Source: a virus
Taxonomy: Duplodnaviria; Caudoviricetes
Virus record (IMG/VR): IMGVR_UViG_3300032560_000102
Location: 1 to 26,435 of that record
Length of the DNA stretch: 26,435 nucleotides
Strand: one strand, 5' to 3'
This document shows, piece by piece, positions 24,771-26,435 of this stretch. A model generated the notes under the pieces. It was not told where the DNA came from and did not search any database. It saw only the letters and a program-made list of their open reading frames with translations. Position numbers and translations under genes: made by a program. Every line of letters begins with the position of its first letter. The stretch's first letter is position 1.

Positions 24771-25085
24771 TCATGCTGGCAAAGTTGTATTTGAAACCCA
24801 AGGTAATCCAGTTTCTTGTACAGGGTTCTTTTGTGCTTCAATCTGTGCAGTTAGACTAGCTTCTACTGTGTCTTTGCCTAGTGACTCTTGTACCCAGCCA
24901 ACAACTTCAGCTTGGGTTAAATCAGCGTAAGGCACATACATTTTATCTTCTTGTGTATAGCCTACTGTGCCATAGGTAGAGGCAGTAAATTCACCATCAA
25001 CAGCATCGACTGTGTAATGAACAGTTACTACAAAGCCATCAGAAGTTAATCTGTCCATCTGTACTACATTCCATGTAAAGTTCAT
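24771..25085 (-). CDS. Tail fibre-associated protein (possible assembly chaperone)
   Basis: MNFTWNVVQMDR...VPYADLTQAEVVGWV...GLPW, a family usually found right after fibre genes. Confidence 0.65.
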   Translation of the reverse strand: MNFTWNVVQMDRLTSDGFVVTVHYTVDAVDGEFTASTYGTVGYTQEDKMYVPYADLTQAEVVGWVQESLGKDTVEASLTAQIEAQKNPVQETGLPWVSNTTLPA

Positions 25086-25086
25086 T

Positions 25087-26435
25087 TTATTTAGCCTTTA
25101 AAGTTGCAATTTCTACGGCTTGTGCATCTACTTCTGCTTTAAGTTCTTGAATAGCAGCAGTTAATGTAGCTACTAAAAATGAAGTGTCAATACCTTGATA
25201 AATTGGATTTCCTTCAGCATCTACGGCATCTTTTTCGCCAGTTACGCAATCAGGCACTACTTCAGCTAATTCGTGTGCTATGAAACCTTGACCATTTGAA
25301 TTATCCAATTTCCATTTATAAATAACAGGTTTTAATGCAGAAACAGTAGCTAAAGCACCTGTCATCGGTGCAATTTGTTCTTTCAAGCGATAGTCTGAAA
25401 AGGTATTATATAAAGTAGCTGTATTGTTTCCAGTAATACTACCAATTCCAGTTCCGTTGTATCTAAAAGAATGAAAATATTGTGTTGTTGCATTTGGAAA
25501 ATCAGAAGTCATGCAATAGTTACCAGTTGCATCACCTTTTACATAAACTCTAGAATCCCTGCCAGCAACAAAACTTGTAGTACCAACTAACAAATTACCA
25601 CTAGAGTCAATACGCATCCGTTCTGTGCCATTAGTCCAAAACAGCATTGGATAAGCACCACTCATATATAAATTACCTGAATATGCTGCATTTCCAAAAA
25701 CGCTTGCTGTGCTACTGTCCAAGCCAGCAGTAAATATTCCACCACTTGTAGTCATTTGCAAATAGGTTGCCGCAGTTGTGCTTCCAGTCATTGATATTGC
25801 ATTAACTGTTGCGGCAGAAGATGTGACTTGTAGTTTTGTAGAAGGACTACTTGTACCAATACCTACATTTCCACTAGCATCTTTATAAAACTGTCCAGAA
25901 CCTAGATTAACTACTCCTGTACCGCCTGTGAGAGTTCCTGTGTATGCAGCATTAAGAGTAGTTAAGGTAGAGCCATCAAAGGTCAGGTTAGCAGAACCAG
26001 CCAATAAGCCAGAGCTATTGTATTGAACTTGGGTGTTTGAACCGCCAGCACCACCGATTACAGAAGAGGCTAATACCCATGTCGGAGCAGAACCATTGGA
26101 CTGCAAAATATAGCCATTAGTACCAATTGCTAATTTAGATAATGCAGTGCCTGTACTGTAATACGGTAAATCACCAGCAGTAAATGAAGTTAATCCAGTA
26201 CCGCCATAAGAAGTAGTAAGCGCATTAGTTAAATTTAATGTATTTGCAGTTAATGTAGTGCCGTTGAATGTAAGATTTGCTGAATCTTGCAATAGCCCTG
26301 CTGTTCCCGCATAGGTAACACGACCAGAAGTCAGACCTGTGTCGGTTAGGCTTGTAAATGCGCCTGTAGAAGGCGTTGTGTTACCGATTGGAGTATTGTT
26401 AATCGTATCTAATGTTACTGACACATTCTGAATAG
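25087..26435 (-). CDS. Tail fibre with C-terminal intramolecular chaperone (peptidase S74), 5' truncated by the window edge
   Basis: GNVGIGT and ERMRIDSSGNLLVGT fibre repeats, FSDYRLKE autocleavage site, GFIAHEL, terminal coiled coil. The frame is open to 26435. Confidence 0.88.
   Translation of the reverse strand, partial: IQNVSVTLDTINNTPIGNTTPSTGAFTSLTDTGLTSGRVTYAGTAGLLQDSANLTFNGTTLTANTLNLTNALTTSYGGTGLTSFTAGDLPYYSTGTALSKLAIGTNGYILQSNGSAPTWVLASSVIGGAGGSNTQVQYNSSGLLAGSANLTFDGSTLTTLNAAYTGTLTGGTGVVNLGSGQFYKDASGNVGIGTSSPSTKLQVTSSAATVNAISMTGSTTAATYLQMTTSGGIFTAGLDSSTASVFGNAAYSGNLYMSGAYPMLFWTNGTERMRIDSSGNLLVGTTSFVAGRDSRVYVKGDATGNYCMTSDFPNATTQYFHSFRYNGTGIGSITGNNTATLYNTFSDYRLKEQIAPMTGALATVSALKPVIYKWKLDNSNGQGFIAHELAEVVPDCVTGEKDAVDAEGNPIYQGIDTSFLVATLTAAIQELKAEVDAQAVEIATLKAK

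Noticed and set aside
1-26435. tRNA, rRNA, integrase/att site or IS element
   Set aside because: No cloverleaf with a T-loop consensus, and no recombinase or transposase motifs seen by eye. tRNAscan-SE was not run.

Overview
A 26.4 kb segment of a tailed dsDNA phage genome. It looks podovirus-like (ejection-type virion proteins, no tape measure or sheath gene). The SAR endolysin with Rz/Rz1 spanins indicates a Gram-negative host. There are three blocks. (1) 1-4034 (-): packaging block with terminase large subunit, a GT2 glycosyltransferase and small ORFs, plus a divergent GT9-like gene (4072-4797 +). (2) 5287-13234 (+): early/middle arm with ArdC antirestriction protein, small ORFs, YqaJ exonuclease, RecT-like annealase, SSB-like protein, HNH, RusA, a PD-(D/E)xK-like nuclease and a second GT2. 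No helicase, primase, polymerase, initiator, integrase or repressor is recognisable. (3) 13303-26435 (-): lysis cassette, ejection proteins and tail fibres. The most unusual signals are non-coding. One is a promoter-fronted, highly structured antisense RNA-like element at about 6850-7155 that ends in G-tracts (candidate RNA-primed origin or regulatory RNA). Another is a TAACCTAACT motif just upstream of the ribosome binding site of six early genes, whose complement is carried by that RNA. A third is a TATAGA-repeat region that may mark the packaging terminus. All functional calls come from motif recognition by eye, with no database searches.
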